DNA from: Octopus vulgaris
Taxonomy: Eukaryota
Assembly: GCA_951406725.2 (NCBI GenBank)
Contig: OX597836.1
Location: 44,144,001-44,208,000, forward strand
Length of the DNA stretch: 64,000 bases
Reading direction: 5' to 3'
In this document: positions 1 to 13,543 of the stretch, in pieces
Numbering within the stretch: position 1 is the first letter of the stretch
How the letters are laid out: each line of letters starts with the position of its first letter
The notes under the pieces: generated by a model
Databases searched by the model: none
What the model saw: the letters and a program-made list of their open reading frames with translations, nothing else
Told to the model about the DNA's origin: nothing
Program-made: the position numbers and the translations under genes

Positions 1-72
1 AGTGCTAGTCTTGTACCAAAATTTATAATCAATATAAGAAAGCTTTAACCTTATTCTTTTTTTATACTTAGT

Positions 73-221
73 AGTGGTAAGTAGCTTGTTTACCAACCAC
101 ATGGTTCCGGGTTCAGTCCCACTGCTAGGCACTTTTGGCAAGTGTCTTCTACTATAGCCTCGGGTCGACCAAAGACTTGTGAGTGGATTTGGTAGACGGA
201 AACTGAAAGAAGCCTGTCGTA

Positions 222-280
<59 letters not shown>

Positions 281-498
281 ATATGTTTGTGTCTGTGTTT
301 GTCCCCCTAGCATCGCTTGATAACCGATGCTGGTGTGTTTACGTCCCCGTAACTTAGCGGTTCGGCAAAAGGAGACCGATAGAATAAGTACTAGGCTTAC
401 AAAAATATAAGTCCTGGGGTCGATTTGCTCGACTAAAGGCGGTGCTCCAGCATGGCCACAGTCAAATGACTGAAACAAGTAAAAGAGTAAAAGAGTAA
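73..498 (+). mobile_element. tRNA-derived SINE, family A (internal (TA)n/(TG)n, (GTAAAAGA)n tail)
   Basis: tRNA-like head with B box GGTTCAGTCCC, CORE-like ttggcaagtgtctt, internal microsatellite, gtaaaagagtaaaagag tail; about 20 homologous copies in the window. Confidence 0.9.
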
Positions 499-872
499 GA
501 TAGTATTCGAATTCTGGGTGACACCCAGGAAATTAACTATGCTTACGTTTGTCGCATTTGTTATCTTAAGACTGAAAGTAACGAATATTTGATTATTTTT
601 CTTTAGATATTTTTCAGAAAAAGCTATTCTGTCGTCTTTATCTAGGTGAAAGTCTACAGAGTTAAACTTCTTATTGCATCCGCATATATCAGCGACATCG
701 GATGACTCTCAGCTTACATCAAAGGAACAATCTGTATCAAATATCTGAACCCGGATGGAATCCTTATAAATAGCAGGCATTGTGATTTCAATATTGCCTA
801 TAGCGTAATAATGGTTTAGAGATCGATGGCTAATATCCTTCTGTCAAGTTAGTTAAATTTAGTTTTGGACTT

Positions 873-1243
<371 letters not shown>

Positions 1244-1245
<2 letters not shown>

Positions 1246-1460
1246 CTGGCAGAGTCGTTAGCACACCGGGGCGAAATACTTAGCGACATTTAGTCTGTGG
1301 CTATGTTCTGAGTTCAAATTCCACCGAGGTCGACTTTGCCTTTCATCCTTTCGGGGTCGATAAATTAAGTACCATTTGAGTACTGGGGTCGATGTAATCG
1401 ACTGGCCCCCCTCCCCCAAATTTCAGGCCCTGTGCCTATTGTAGGAAGGATTATTATAAT
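1244..1460 (+). mobile_element. SINE family B, subfamily B2 ((ATT)n tail)
   Basis: ctggcagagtcgttagcac head, GAGTTCAAATTCC B box, gcctttcatcctttcggggtcgataaattaagtacc central domain, ccctcccccaaatttcaggccc...attattat tail. Confidence 0.85.
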
Positions 1461-1699
1461 TGTTGTTTTTATTGTTACCCTTATCATGATTATTATTGCC
1501 TTGTATAATGTGAAAATATTTTTGGTTTTTGATCTGTTGCAGTCATTGCTAAATGAAATTCTTTTTGATAAAATTATTAAAAAATACCATTGTTTAAGAG
1601 TGAGGGGCGGGGTTAGACCACGAAAAAGAGGTTTGTTTTACACACATTTATTTACACACATTGCATTTCCATATTTCAGATGAGTACCACAAATAATTA

Positions 1700-1890
1700 C
1701 GCCACATAGCAATGACGACCCGGAAGGCCTCCACGACGGTGAAGTTACGATTTCAGGAGCACGATTGGGATCACGTGGATGAGAAAGGCGCGATCCAATG
1801 AGGAGTGGACAGCGTGCTGTGACCAACGGTATCAAATGGACGCCCGACGGACTGGTCGGTCAAGGTGATCAAGGTGAAGGTGAGCAAGGT
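1700..1890 (+). mobile_element. 3' end of an RTE-clade LINE (decayed)
   Basis: Translates RPGRPPRR*SYDFRSTIGITWMRKARSNEEW, matching the RTE C-terminal GRPxxRW...WMRxA...W pattern; followed by a short repeat tail (caaggtga)n. Confidence 0.7.
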
Positions 1891-2386
1891 GCAACAATGG
1901 TTAAACGCAACACATATTCAAAACACAACTACATGCGTAAGAGGAAGGAAATGAACAGTATAGCGAACAATTAAAAGGAGATAAAATATGGAAGACAGTG
2001 GCAATAACAACAACAACAACAACAGCAACAGTTGAAACTCTTGCATGATTTCAAATACTGCGTTTCGTTCACATAGCTCTTTCAGGTGTGAAAACAAACC
2101 TTCCCATAATTCTAAATGAAAAGACAGAATTTTTGGCCATATGACAGTTACCGGAGGAAAACTTGGGATTTTGTAAAATCTAGCAGCTTTTCTTTTACCA
2201 GTGAAGATAATCCAGGTGAGGGCGAAGAGACAAATGATAAATCTTACAAAAAAAAAACGGAAACTGAATAAATTTACCCTCGCGTCCAGAATAACAACAA
2301 TCCCTTCATGACACACCAGGAGAAATTATATCAAATGAAAAAGGGAAACGTTATGGCACTATTAACTTAATTTTATTTTTCGACAC

Positions 2387-2749
2387 CAGGCACAAGGCCC
2401 AAAATTTTGGGTGAGGGGACCAGTCAAGTAGATCGACCCCAGTACGCAACTGGTACTTAATTTATCGACCCCGAAAGGATGAAAGGCAAAGCCGACCTCG
2501 ACGGAATTTGAACTCAGAGCGTAGCGGCAGACGAAATACTTATTTTTTTACTACACACAAGGAGCTAAACACAGAGAGGACAAACGAGGACAGACAAACG
2601 GATTAAGTCGATTATATCGACCCCAGTGCGTAACTGGTACTTTATGTATCGACCCCCGAAAGGATGAAAGGCAAAGTCGACCTAGGCGGAATTTGAACTC
2701 AGAACGTAGCAGCAGACGAAATACCGCTAAGCATTTCGCCCGGCGTGCC
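2387..2749 (-). mobile_element. Chimeric SINE B dimer: head + B1 unit + B2 unit
   Basis: Two B bodies joined near 2541 (gaaatact|tattt); the left unit has the B2 tail and the right unit has the B1 tail. Confidence 0.85.
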
Positions 2750-2992
2750 AAAATGCAGCCAAAACGCAGCGCACGTCAGACACCGCTGGCTATAAATGGG
2801 TTAAAGAAACACAAGAATCACGATAAAAAACACTGAGAATGATGTAGACTCATTGCTTGTAGTGAATTTTGCGTCGCAGCATGGTGTCGTCAAAGCATGC
2901 AGAACAAATTTGACCCTGATCAAAGTGGGCCAAAGGTGTGTCAAAATGTACTGCCAGTTCTAATGGTCCCCGGAAGTCAAGGAACCATATAA

Positions 2993-3135
2993 TCATCATC
3001 GTTCTACCAACCTATGGTTGGTTGGAACTCCATTGACAATCCCTTTCCACACTACACGGTCCTGCATTGCTGTGTTCAGATCTCTAATATCCAGCCCTGA
3101 GGCCCGAGATATAATATCTGAAAATGTAAGGAGGC
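2993..3135 (-). mobile_element. 3' end of an RTE-type LINE
   Basis: Minus strand reads LTFSDIISRASGLDIRDLNTAMQDRVVWKGIV (AMxDRxxW motif), then a (GAT)n tail. Confidence 0.7.
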
Positions 3136-3322
3136 ATATCATGTGTGCTCAGTAGTCAGTGACGAAATAAAGGATATGAGATTGATGATTCAGGGTAGAA
3201 AGCTTTGTTGTTATATTTATCTGAGTAAAACACTCTTTAGAGCTTAATACCCTAAAGAAATAGGGAGATTTAGCAAAAGAAAAGAAGGAAAAGAATAACT
3301 AGTAGATTCAACAGTGACAGCA

Positions 3323-3703
3323 GGTGGCGCAATGGCCCAGTGGTTAAGGCAGCGGACTCGCGGTCGGAGGATTGCGGTTTCGATTCCCAGACCGGACGTT
3401 GTGTGTGTTTATTGAGCGAAAATACCTAAAGCCCCACGAGGCTCCGGCAGGGGGTGGTGGTGACCCCTGTTGTACTCTTTCGCTCCAACTTCCTCTCACT
3501 CTTTCTTCCTGTTTCTTGTCCCGACTTCCTACGTAACCGCTGAGCCTGGATGAGCATTCATTCAGCCGTCGATGGTCTCGGTGTCAGGGGTTGACCTGCT
3601 TTCTCTTCTGCGGGTCTTACGAATAGCAAAGGACCACGATTCGGACTTCTCCCACTGCGAGGTCTGGGACGAAGACCGCTTTGCTCAATAACAACAACAA
3701 CAA
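3323..3703 (+). mobile_element. SINE family C (tRNA-Arg-like head), tail type a, (CAA)n end
   Basis: ggcgcaatggcccagtggtt A box, ctcgcgg anticodon-like arm, GTTTCGATTCC B box; homologous to 14192-14555. Confidence 0.85.
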
Positions 3704-4386
3704 AAAAAGAACAAAAAATCTGTTTTCAGACCACAATCAATCAAAACTTTGGGAGTAACAATGGAAGTATTTTTTGGTCCGGCATTACAAATAAGTAAGC
3801 AAATATCTCGTTCGCGAATGGTACCAACCTGTATGTCGCAAGTTTATTGTGTAACGAAGAAGAAATAATTACAGAAGATGAACATACGAAAGCAAAGATG
3901 AGGAGGGAAATCACACAAACAATATCAACTGGAAACAAGGAAACAGGCAAGGAGGAAATATTTTTCTTAAATAATAACGAAAGGAAATAATGGAATAAAA
4001 GGCAGAGAACAAAGATGAACCACGATACAGCGTTCTTCAAAAAATCTAAACAGGAATTGATGCATAAAATTATGTTGTCTGTCGTGCCATGGAATCTTCC
4101 AAACAGTTATAATAATTCAGAAACAGCTAGATTTTGAATATACATAACCAATATGCAAAATACAGATGACTAGTAAAATTAATATTGACATCATATAGGA
4201 TTTAATACGAATGCATTTAAGATGCTGTATTTTCAACATCAGATATCTCAAAAATGCTTACTGGTGTATTGGGTTGCACTCGAATAGAATTTGAGACAAA
4301 GTCCAGTGAATGGAGTCATGGATTAGACCACTCATCCTAGACAGAAAATCTTTCATGTCTTATTTCTGTAAATTGTTACAATACGA

Positions 4387-4588
4387 AGCCCTGGGAACAG
4401 TGAGTAAAACTCTTGAGAAGTACATGCAATAAATAGGGGCTGCTATAAGGGTGGAGCATTTGCAGTAAACAGCACTGCTTGGAACCGCTCGAATACTCTG
4501 GAAGGTGCTCTAAAACTGAGAGATGTTACCTTAGTTCACTGGTAGTGAACAGCTAGCGCCGTAGTACATCTCCAGCGTTAGACGCCGT
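4387..4588 (+). mobile_element. 3' fragment of an R4/Dong-like non-LTR element ending in (TAA)n
   Basis: ALGTVSKTLEKYMQ*IGAAIRVEHLQ*TALLGTARILWKVL matches the C-terminus of the element at 21373-22270; abuts (AAT)n at 4588-4650. Confidence 0.75.
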
Positions 4589-4596
4589 GAAAAGGC

Positions 4597-4649
<53 letters not shown>

Positions 4650-4650
<1 letters not shown>

Positions 4651-4820
4651 CTTTTCTACTCTAGGCACAAGGTCCAACATTTTGGGGGAGGGGCTAGTCG
4701 ATTAAATCGACTCCAGTACGCAACTGGATCTTAATTTATCGACCCCGAAAGATGAAAGGCAAAGTTGACCTCGGTGGAATTTGAACTCAGAATGTAGCAA
4801 CGGGTGAAATACTCACCGCC
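4650..4820 (-). mobile_element. SINE B2, internally deleted head
   Basis: Reverse complement of the B2 body and tail. Confidence 0.8.
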
Positions 4821-4837
4821 TTAATAATAATCATAAT

Positions 4838-5059
4838 CTCTTTTACTCTTTTACTTGTTTCAGTCATTTGACAGCGGCCATGCTGGAGCACCGCCTTTTC
4901 CTCGAGCAAATCGACCCGAGGACTTACTCTTTGTAAGCCTAGTACTTATTCGATCGGTCTCTTTTGCCGAACTGCTAAGTTACGGGGACGTAAACACACC
5001 AGCATCGGTTGTCAAGCGATGTTGGTGTACAAACACAGACACACAAACACACACACACA

Positions 5060-5097
<38 letters not shown>

Positions 5098-5263
5098 TGC
5101 GACGGGCTTCTTTCAGTTTCCATCTACCAAATCCACTCACAAGGCTTTGGTCGGCCCGAGGCTTATAGTAGAAGACACTTGCCCAAGGTGCCACGCAGTG
5201 GGACTGAACCCCGAGCCATGTGATTGGTAAGCAAGCTACTTACCACACAGCCACTCCTGGGCC
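4838..5263 (-). mobile_element. SINE family A
   Basis: Full-length reverse-complement copy. Confidence 0.9.
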
Positions 5264-5703
5264 TATAATAATAATGATGATGATGATTATGATTATGATG
5301 ATGATTTAGGCGCCACACCAGTAATTTCGAGTGGTAGGTGGCTAGTCGAGTACATAATTTCAAGTACTTGACTGGTTCTTTATTTCTATCGATGGTAGAA
5401 GAAGGAGGAGAGTTAGAGTTGTCTCTGATGAAATCTGCTCTCAGAACGTAAATAACCGATGCAAGTACGGTGAAGAATTTTTCTGAAGGTCTAAAAATCC
5501 TCTCCAATCCACGGTTCCAGAGCAATTTCTTGCATGTGCCCAAAGTCAGAAATATTGAGGAGGAATCGGTTGATTCTATTGGTTCTAGGACTTCACTGGA
5601 ACTTCTTTTGTCGATTCCCGAATGGAGATGGGGAGTTGATTTTGGTAGGATTTGAACAGAAAACTAAAGCAACATAAGCAAGTATGAAGAAGAAAAAAAC
5701 ATA

Positions 5704-5874
5704 GGCGCAGGAGTGGCTGTGTGGTAAGTAGTTTGCTTACGAATCACATGGTTCCGGGTTCAATCCCACTGCGTGCTACCTTGGGCAATTGTCTCCAGCT
5801 ATAGCCTCGGGTCGACCAAAGCTTTGTGAGTGGATTTGGTAGACAGAAACTGAAAGAAGCCCGTCGTATATATG

Positions 5875-5939
<65 letters not shown>

Positions 5940-6139
5940 TGTGTGTGTGTGTCTGTGTTTGTCCCCCAACTTCGCTTGACAACCGATGCTGGTGTGTTTA
6001 CGTCCCCGATAGAATAAGTACTAATAAGTACTGGGCGTCCAAAGAATAAGTCCTGGGTTCGATTTGCTCGACTGAAGGCGGTGCTCCAGCATGGCCGCAG
6101 TCAAATGCCTGAAACAAGTAAAAGAGTAAAGAGAAAGAG
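5704..6139 (+). mobile_element. SINE family A
   Basis: ggcgcaggagtggctgtgtgg head through gtaaaagag tail; small deletion near 6008. Confidence 0.9.
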
Positions 6140-6551
6140 AATATCTTTCGTGTGCTTGTCATTTCTGCTTTTGGTCATTCTTCAATCATAATAATCATGA
6201 TATATGGCTTAGGCATACAACTGCGCACTTCTCAGGTGAAGTGCAGTTGTTTAATTAACCCCTGCACTTCATCGTTTCGAAAACAATAAAAAAAACTGCC
6301 GCGAGAATTCTCCATTAAGAACGTTGGAATAACTGTGTAAATAATACCGTAATTCATTTTGATATTATTGCCTAATATGAGTTGCTGGTATTAAATGATT
6401 AATATCAGTGATTTATTTTTTCATGGTATAAATTATATATTGCTTGCAGTGACACTAATCATCGATTACCACCACAGCCAGACAAACAAAGCGAAAACAA
6501 TTCAACATCAAATTTATTTTAACGAAAACAAAATATGCGCTTGCACAAACC

Positions 6552-7334
6552 TATTTCTTTACTACCCACAAGGGGATAAACACAGGGAGGACAAACAAGG
6601 ACATACAAAAGGATTAAGTCGATTATATTGATCCCAGTGCGTAACTGGTACTTAATTTATCGACCCCGAAAGGATGAAAGGCAAAGTCAACCTCGGCGGA
6701 ATTTGAACTCAGAACGTAAAGACAGACGAAATGCCTATTTCTTTACTACCCACAAGGGGCTAAACACAGAGAAGACAAACACGCACATACAAAAGGATTA
6801 AGTCGACTATATCGACCCCAGTGCGTAACTGGTACTTAATTTATCGACCCCGAAAGGATGAAAAGCAAAGTCAACCTCGCCGGAATTTGAACTCAGAACG
6901 TAGCGGCAGACGAAATGCCTATTTCTTTACTACCCACGAGGGGCTAAACGCAGAGAGGACAAACAAGGACAGACAAAGGGATTAAGTCGATTACATCGAC
7001 CCCAGTGCATAACTGGTACTTATTTAATCGACCCCGAAAGTACGAAAGGCAAAGTCAACCTCGGCGGAATTTGAGCTTAGAACGTAGCGGCAGACGAAAT
7101 ACCTATTTCTTTACTACCCACAAGGGGCTAAACACAGAGAGGACAAACAAGGACAGACAAACGGATTAAGTCGATTATATCGACCCCAGTGCATAACTGG
7201 TACTTATTTAATCGACCCCGAAAGGATGAAAGGCAAAGTCAACCTCGGCGGAATTTGAACTCAGAACGTAGCGGCAGACGAAATACCGCTAAGCATCTCG
7301 CCCGGCGTGCTAACGATTCTGCCAGATCACCGCC
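6552..7334 (-). mobile_element. SINE B1 array: one head + four 184-bp units
   Basis: Unit boundaries at 6552, 6736, 6920, 7104; flanked by TSD tgcgc(t/a)tgcacaaacc (6536-6551, 7339-7354). Confidence 0.92.
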
Positions 7335-7408
7335 TCTTTGCGCATGCACAAACCGTTTCATTCGGCTGATGATTAAAGTGGGAAATGAAATATGTGGATT
7401 CAATGCTA

Positions 7409-7920
<512 letters not shown>

Positions 7921-8139
7921 GATGTAAAGTATAACAGAAGTGGAAACTTTTGTAACACAGCAAAGGAATAAACGCGAAACCGATAAAAATATAATCACAT
8001 CTAAATACACGGCCGGGTATTACTTTATAAGTCTCATATGAAAAGCAGAAAATCAGATATGAACTGAAAGTAAATTTTTATACTATAAAAACATTTAACA
8101 AGTTTACTCCTCTCCAGGAACTGTAACTACCACAATATA

Positions 8140-8389
8140 CTTACTCTTTTACTCTTTTACTCTTTTACTTGTTTCAGTCATTTGACTGCGGCCATGCTGG
8201 AGCACCGCCTTTTAATCGAGCAACTCGACCCCGGGACTTATTCTTTTGTAAGCCCACTACTTATTCTATCGGTCTTCTTTGCCGAACCGCTAAGTGACGT
8301 GGACGTAAACACACCAGCATCGGTTGTCAAGCAATGCTAGGGGGACAAACACAGACACACAAACACGCATATATCTATCTATCTATCTA

Positions 8390-8429
<40 letters not shown>

Positions 8430-8594
8430 TACGACAGGCTTCTTTCAGTTTCCGTCTACCAAATCCACTCACAAGGCATTGGTCTGCCCGGGGCTATAGC
8501 AGAAGACACTTGCCCAAGATGCCACACAGTGGGACTGAACCCGGAACCATGTGGTTGGTTAGCAAGCTATTTACCACACAGCCACTCCTGCGCC
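8140..8594 (-). mobile_element. SINE family A
   Basis: Full-length reverse-complement copy. Confidence 0.9.
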
Positions 8595-9299
8595 TTGTAC
8601 ATAATCTTCGGAAAAAATAATTCTGATCTGAAACTTACCGAAAATCTCAACAATCTAAGTATTTTGAGAACATACGTATTTACGATATCAAACAAGCATT
8701 AGAATTTTTTTAACATTGAGAAAACTAGACAGAAAGATTAGACTTAGTACAAATAAAACAAACTAATGACGAATCGAATAGGACTCAAAATGAGACTACT
8801 ATGAAATAATCGACCGTCCGAAGCCAAAACAGAACTATACAAACGAAAACCAGAACATAAATAAATTAAGAGTAGAAAGTTTTAAAGATGGGAATTTCGA
8901 ATCTTATGATAATCAAAATGTAGAAATTGTTGAAGTATTAAAATCGATTGAAGATCTTAGAGGCCAATGAAAGACATCCCAGAGATAAAACGATAACAAA
9001 ATGTATCTATAACATTTAAAAAAGAAGAGAAAAAAATAATGAAAGAAAATAAGAGTTTTGACCATCGTAGACATCGTGGAGACACATGCAAACATTTGAT
9101 ATAACGATCATAAATGCACCAGGCACAGATGTAGACGGGGAAGACGGAGAATAAAAGAAACATCTCAATCATTAATGAAGTCTGAAGCGATAAGATAAAA
9201 GAAAAGAAAGTTAGACAATTGCTACAGAAATACAGCGAACGACATTGCAAAAGAAGAACCAGCGAGCCAACAATAGTTCCTCTAAGTTGTTTCTCAATA

Positions 9300-10050
9300 T
9301 GCTGGAAATAGCAGCTGAATCTCCTTAAAATTTCACCCTGTCAGTGTTGATGACATAATCAGGGAAACAGGACGGTACGCGTATGATTATTTTCAGGGCT
9401 TCCGTGTGAGATGGCCCTTAATGCTTGCAGTGGACTCAGCTGCAGCCGCCGCAAGGTTATATTGTAATGTTAATCCGGGTCAGGGGTTCGCGCCTAAACA
9501 GCAAAGTTGAAAAACAAAAAGCAAATTGGACATTGTGCATTGTAGTCCTAGATACACAAAATGACGGAATGTTCATGGCTGGAATGTCTCAATCAGAGCA
9601 GACTTGTGGTTAAACAATGACAAAGGAACTGGAGATCAAAGAGCAACGCAGATAAGAGAACTTCGTTAAACCATTAAGAATCTGTCAAAAGCGACGACAT
9701 TATACAAAACAGTTTGTTTGAAACTGTCTGCCATCTTTCTAAGATCAACAACATAAACAAAACACTGATTGAGAACGAAGAAAATGGACAAAGATCTGTG
9801 AACAAGAAATGGAAGCCTGCTATAAACAATGGTCATTCATTGTGCTAGAAATAACAGCCAAATCTCTCTCAAATCAAACCCTTCTGCTTACAATGGGAAG
9901 TACACCATCAATGATAACTGTTCTCAGACACAGACCGCCTTCTCCACCTGTACCCACCAGCATGCAAGAGAACCTACAAGGAAGGCTCTATGTTATTCAG
10001 TCACTCTGCTAGAAATAGCAGTTAAATTTCTTTCAGTTAAAATAAACAAC
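9300..10050 (-). repeat. Decayed fragments of an old dispersed repeat (family E)
   Basis: gctagaaatagcagccaaatct-like motif at about 9301, 9844 and 10008; also at 14810, 44320, 50280, 56781, 59610 in either orientation. Confidence 0.55.
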
Positions 10051-10729
10051 AGACATGCTCTGTTCGTTGCAGAAACTGCAGGGGCTACTTAAAGATGTTA
10101 CAAACTCTTCTGATCACGACTAAAGCCATTGCGATGTTGGAAACATTATTCAACCTTCAACTGTTCCAGGACATCTTCTGGGGCAACGCCTTAACCAATT
10201 TGTCTGCTGGGACCACGAAGTGGTCTGAATTATAGGAAATTCTATGTTCTACTCCTCAATGTAGAGTTATCCGAAATAATTGTTCTGATCATCAGACAGT
10301 ACAATTAAATACTTGAAAGCTTATCATGACACAATCAGCAGGTATCTCCGGATCACAAGCGTTTCGAACCCAATTCTATATGCTTTGCTTGAGTGTGGCA
10401 ATGAGTACTGAATTATCTTTCGTCTATAGAAGGGTTTCATATCCTACCTTTTGTTATTCACAACACTTGGTGTTTGACACGGCCACCACGTCTTTCTTAA
10501 ATTCCTCGTATTCCAAAGAAATCTTCAGAAAACTGAACTTGCTAAAGAATTACTGTAGCCATCTTCATTAGGGAATGTAGATCCGAGTCATTTTTTGAAA
10601 ATAGCCTGGTCAACAAAGGCCTAATAATTTTCATTTGGTGAGAAATGTCAAGTGAAGGCTCCCAGAGGGCTGGTATTAACTTGTTAATGTCGTGTTCATA
10701 ACTTCTCAAACACCTATACTTTCTTTCTC

Positions 10730-10855
10730 GGCGGCGAGCTGGCAGAAATGTTAGCACGCCGGGCGAAATGCGTTACGTTCTGAGTTCAAATTCCGCCGAG
10801 GTCAACTTTGCCTTTCGTCCTTTCGGGGTCGATAAATTAAGTACCAGTTACGCAC
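10730..10855 (+). mobile_element. SINE B, truncated
   Basis: ggcggcgagctggcagaaatgttagcacgcc head and central domain. Confidence 0.8.
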
Positions 10856-11001
10856 AGGAGGAAAGACGACTTTCCCTAGTCAGTACTCCGGAGTTCCTTC
10901 CAGAGCAGTTGTCACTTGATTGCCTGATGCAACTTTTATCCCCTGTCCTTGGCAAGCAAGTCCTACCGCTTTAACACGGCGATCTTTCTCTGTTGCGAAA
11001 G

Positions 11002-11217
11002 GGCAGCGAGCCGGCAGAGGCGTTAGCACGCCGGACGAAATGCTGATCGGTATTTTGTCTGCCGCTACGTTCTGAGTTCAAATTCTGCCTTTCATCCTTT
11101 CGGGGTCGATTAAATAAGTACCAGCTACACACTGGGGTCGATGTAATCGACTTAATCCGTTTGTCTGTCCTGGTTTGTCCCCTCTATGTTTAGCCCCTTG
11201 TGAGTAGTAAAGAAACA
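11002..11217 (+). mobile_element. SINE B1 monomer with TSD
   Basis: TSD gatctttctctgttg at 10981-10995 and 11218-11232; inserted in the Hero-like fossil. Confidence 0.9.
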
Positions 11218-12810
11218 GATCTTTCTCTGTTGAATTTTAGATCCTCTGTGCTGAAATCTATCTCTTGCCCCTGGCATTGACATTGCTTCACCTTTTGGTG
11301 CTGAGTTGCCAAGTCGAAGGTGATTTTGTCAAGCTATCGTAACAATCATCTGTTGCTTCCCGTACATTTTAGCTTCTTTATAGCTTCCTGGGGCTTCCAC
11401 TTCCTGCCGCCCTCTATCGCCTTGACGCTCATCTTCAGATTGTAGCAATGTACTGACTACTCTTACCTTTGTGACTTTGAATTGTTCCCCCTACGACGGA
11501 ATTACTAAACAGAGCCTGGAGGTTTTGCTGCACAAATGGACTGATTTGAAAGATGTAGGAACACCCAGCCATCTTCACACGAACTGACTGTACAATTCAA
11601 CTTCTTCGTTGCCTCCACCTGACCCTGGGTCAGTCATAAAGGAAGGATGGACACTGCAGTTTGAGTATAATGCCGTTTAGTTAACTTTAGTTATGTCATA
11701 GTGTCTTTGACATTGCTGCTTTCCTTCAGGATGCTATCATAATTCTTCCTAAGGCATCAGATTATTTTCTCCTGAATTGTTAGAATCTCAGACCATTGAA
11801 CACTAAAGATGCTTGTCAGCTTTCCTTTGAGGAAAGTTCCAGAATTTTCTTGGGTTAAATTTCATGTAGATCCCTTTTCCAGTAAGTTCAGATTCCTCTT
11901 AGACTAATGGTGTTATAACTGTTATATCATCCATGAACGCCATACAGACTTTGTATGGCCATTAGTTTCTGGTCCTTAGACTGCTTTTCCTCCCATTTCT
12001 TGTAGTAGGATCTTGGCAGCCAGAAACAGGACCAGATATTATGCACTCTGTCATAATGCCTTTTGTAAGTCTCTGTCATGTGGTTGTGAAATTTCTTTCT
12101 TGAACCTCATCTGTGAATCCTTGAACAACATCATGAACTTGACTACTGCCATTGGTACTTAATAGTACTCTGAAGTCCTTGGTATTAGTTGGTAGGGCAC
12201 ATGTGGTTATTATTTGTCAAAATCTAACTATACTAGTGAGAGCATGATTCTGTTCTTTGTTTCCTTAATATTTTGGTTGATTGTTGATGTATGTTTAACG
12301 CATTCAGAGTATCGTGTGACTTCTCCTTTTTGGATACTCATGTCAATGTACTCATTGGAAAGCAAATATGCTGTCAATCTTTTGCTAATAAAGGACCAAA
12401 AGATTCCTTTGATATCTAACAGAGAAATGTCTCGAAAGTGGTCAAGTCTTGCTGAGTTATTTTCTCCCATACCAAAACATCCATTCTCAAATATTCAGAG
12501 CTTATTCCTGTGTTTTCTCCTAGATTGCCAGCTTTATTAGTCTCCTCAGTAGCAGTGGGAAGTTTTTGTGGATCTTATATATGATATTAGATGGTCCTGG
12601 AGCAGTGCATATCCAAGCTGTTACTTCATTGAGAGTGAGGTCTGTCATATTGAAAGGGACATGTGACATTAACAACTAGAAAGGACAGTCTGCTTGTGGA
12701 ATGTCTTTCTAGGGGTCACAATGTACCGCTGCCCCTGTTCCTTAAAATGTATCAGCTTCCTTCTTTTCGGTCTTCCAACGAGATCAGTTAGTAAACAGAA
12801 GTATTTTTAA

Positions 12811-13037
12811 TACTCTTTTACTCTTTTACTTGTTTCAGTAATTTTGACTGCGGCCATGCTGGAGCACCGCCTTTAGTCGAGCAAATCGACCCCGGGACTT
12901 ATTCTTTGTAAGCCCAGTACTTATTCTATCGGTCTCTTTTGCCGAACCGCTAAGTGACGGGGACGTAAACACATCAGCATCGGTTGTCAAGCAATGCTAG
13001 GGGGACAAACACATACACACACACACACACACACACA

Positions 13038-13122
<85 letters not shown>

Positions 13123-13287
13123 ACATCATGAGCTTGCATATATACGACAGGCTTCTTTCAGTTTCCGTCTACCAAATCCACTCACAAGGTATTGGTCGGC
13201 CCGGGGCTACAGCAGAAGACACTTGCCCATGATGCCACGCAGTGGGACTGAACCCGGAACCATGTGATTGGTTAGCAAGCTACTTAC
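12811..13287 (-). mobile_element. SINE family A
   Basis: Full-length reverse-complement copy. Confidence 0.9.
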
Positions 13288-13543
13288 CGCACAGCCACTC
13301 CTACGCCTATAAAAATTTTCTCTCTTTCTCTATTTCTATCTTATTCCTGCTCAACGAAGCTGCACCAAGTCTTTCCATATTTCTGAGCTCCACAGGTTTA
13401 AAGCTTCTTTTTCTTTATCATTTTCTTCTCTCCACCTTTTCTTCAGCCGTTTTAGCTCATTCGTCAGTTCTGTAAGCTGATGTTGTCTTCTACTGTGACA
13501 AAGAAGCTTCCCGTTTTTCCTTCCTTCATGTCAAATGCATCTT

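Larger units (their letters stand above)
10845..13540 (-). pseudogene. Fossil Hero/NeSL-like (R2 group) reverse transcriptase ORF, interrupted by younger insertions
   Basis: Collinear minus-strand motifs: TAPGPS (~12600), FRDISLLDIKGIFWSFISKRLTAYLLSNEYIDMSIQKG (12228-12470), GIMTECIIS (~12050), FMDD (11926-11937), RWLGVP (~11565), GRKWK (~11400), KAVGLA (~10965); many stops and frameshifts. Confidence 0.8.

Noticed and set aside
152-478. Recurrent ORFs such as [15 protein letters not shown] and [14 protein letters not shown]
   Set aside because: Translations of SINE A copies, not a gene family.
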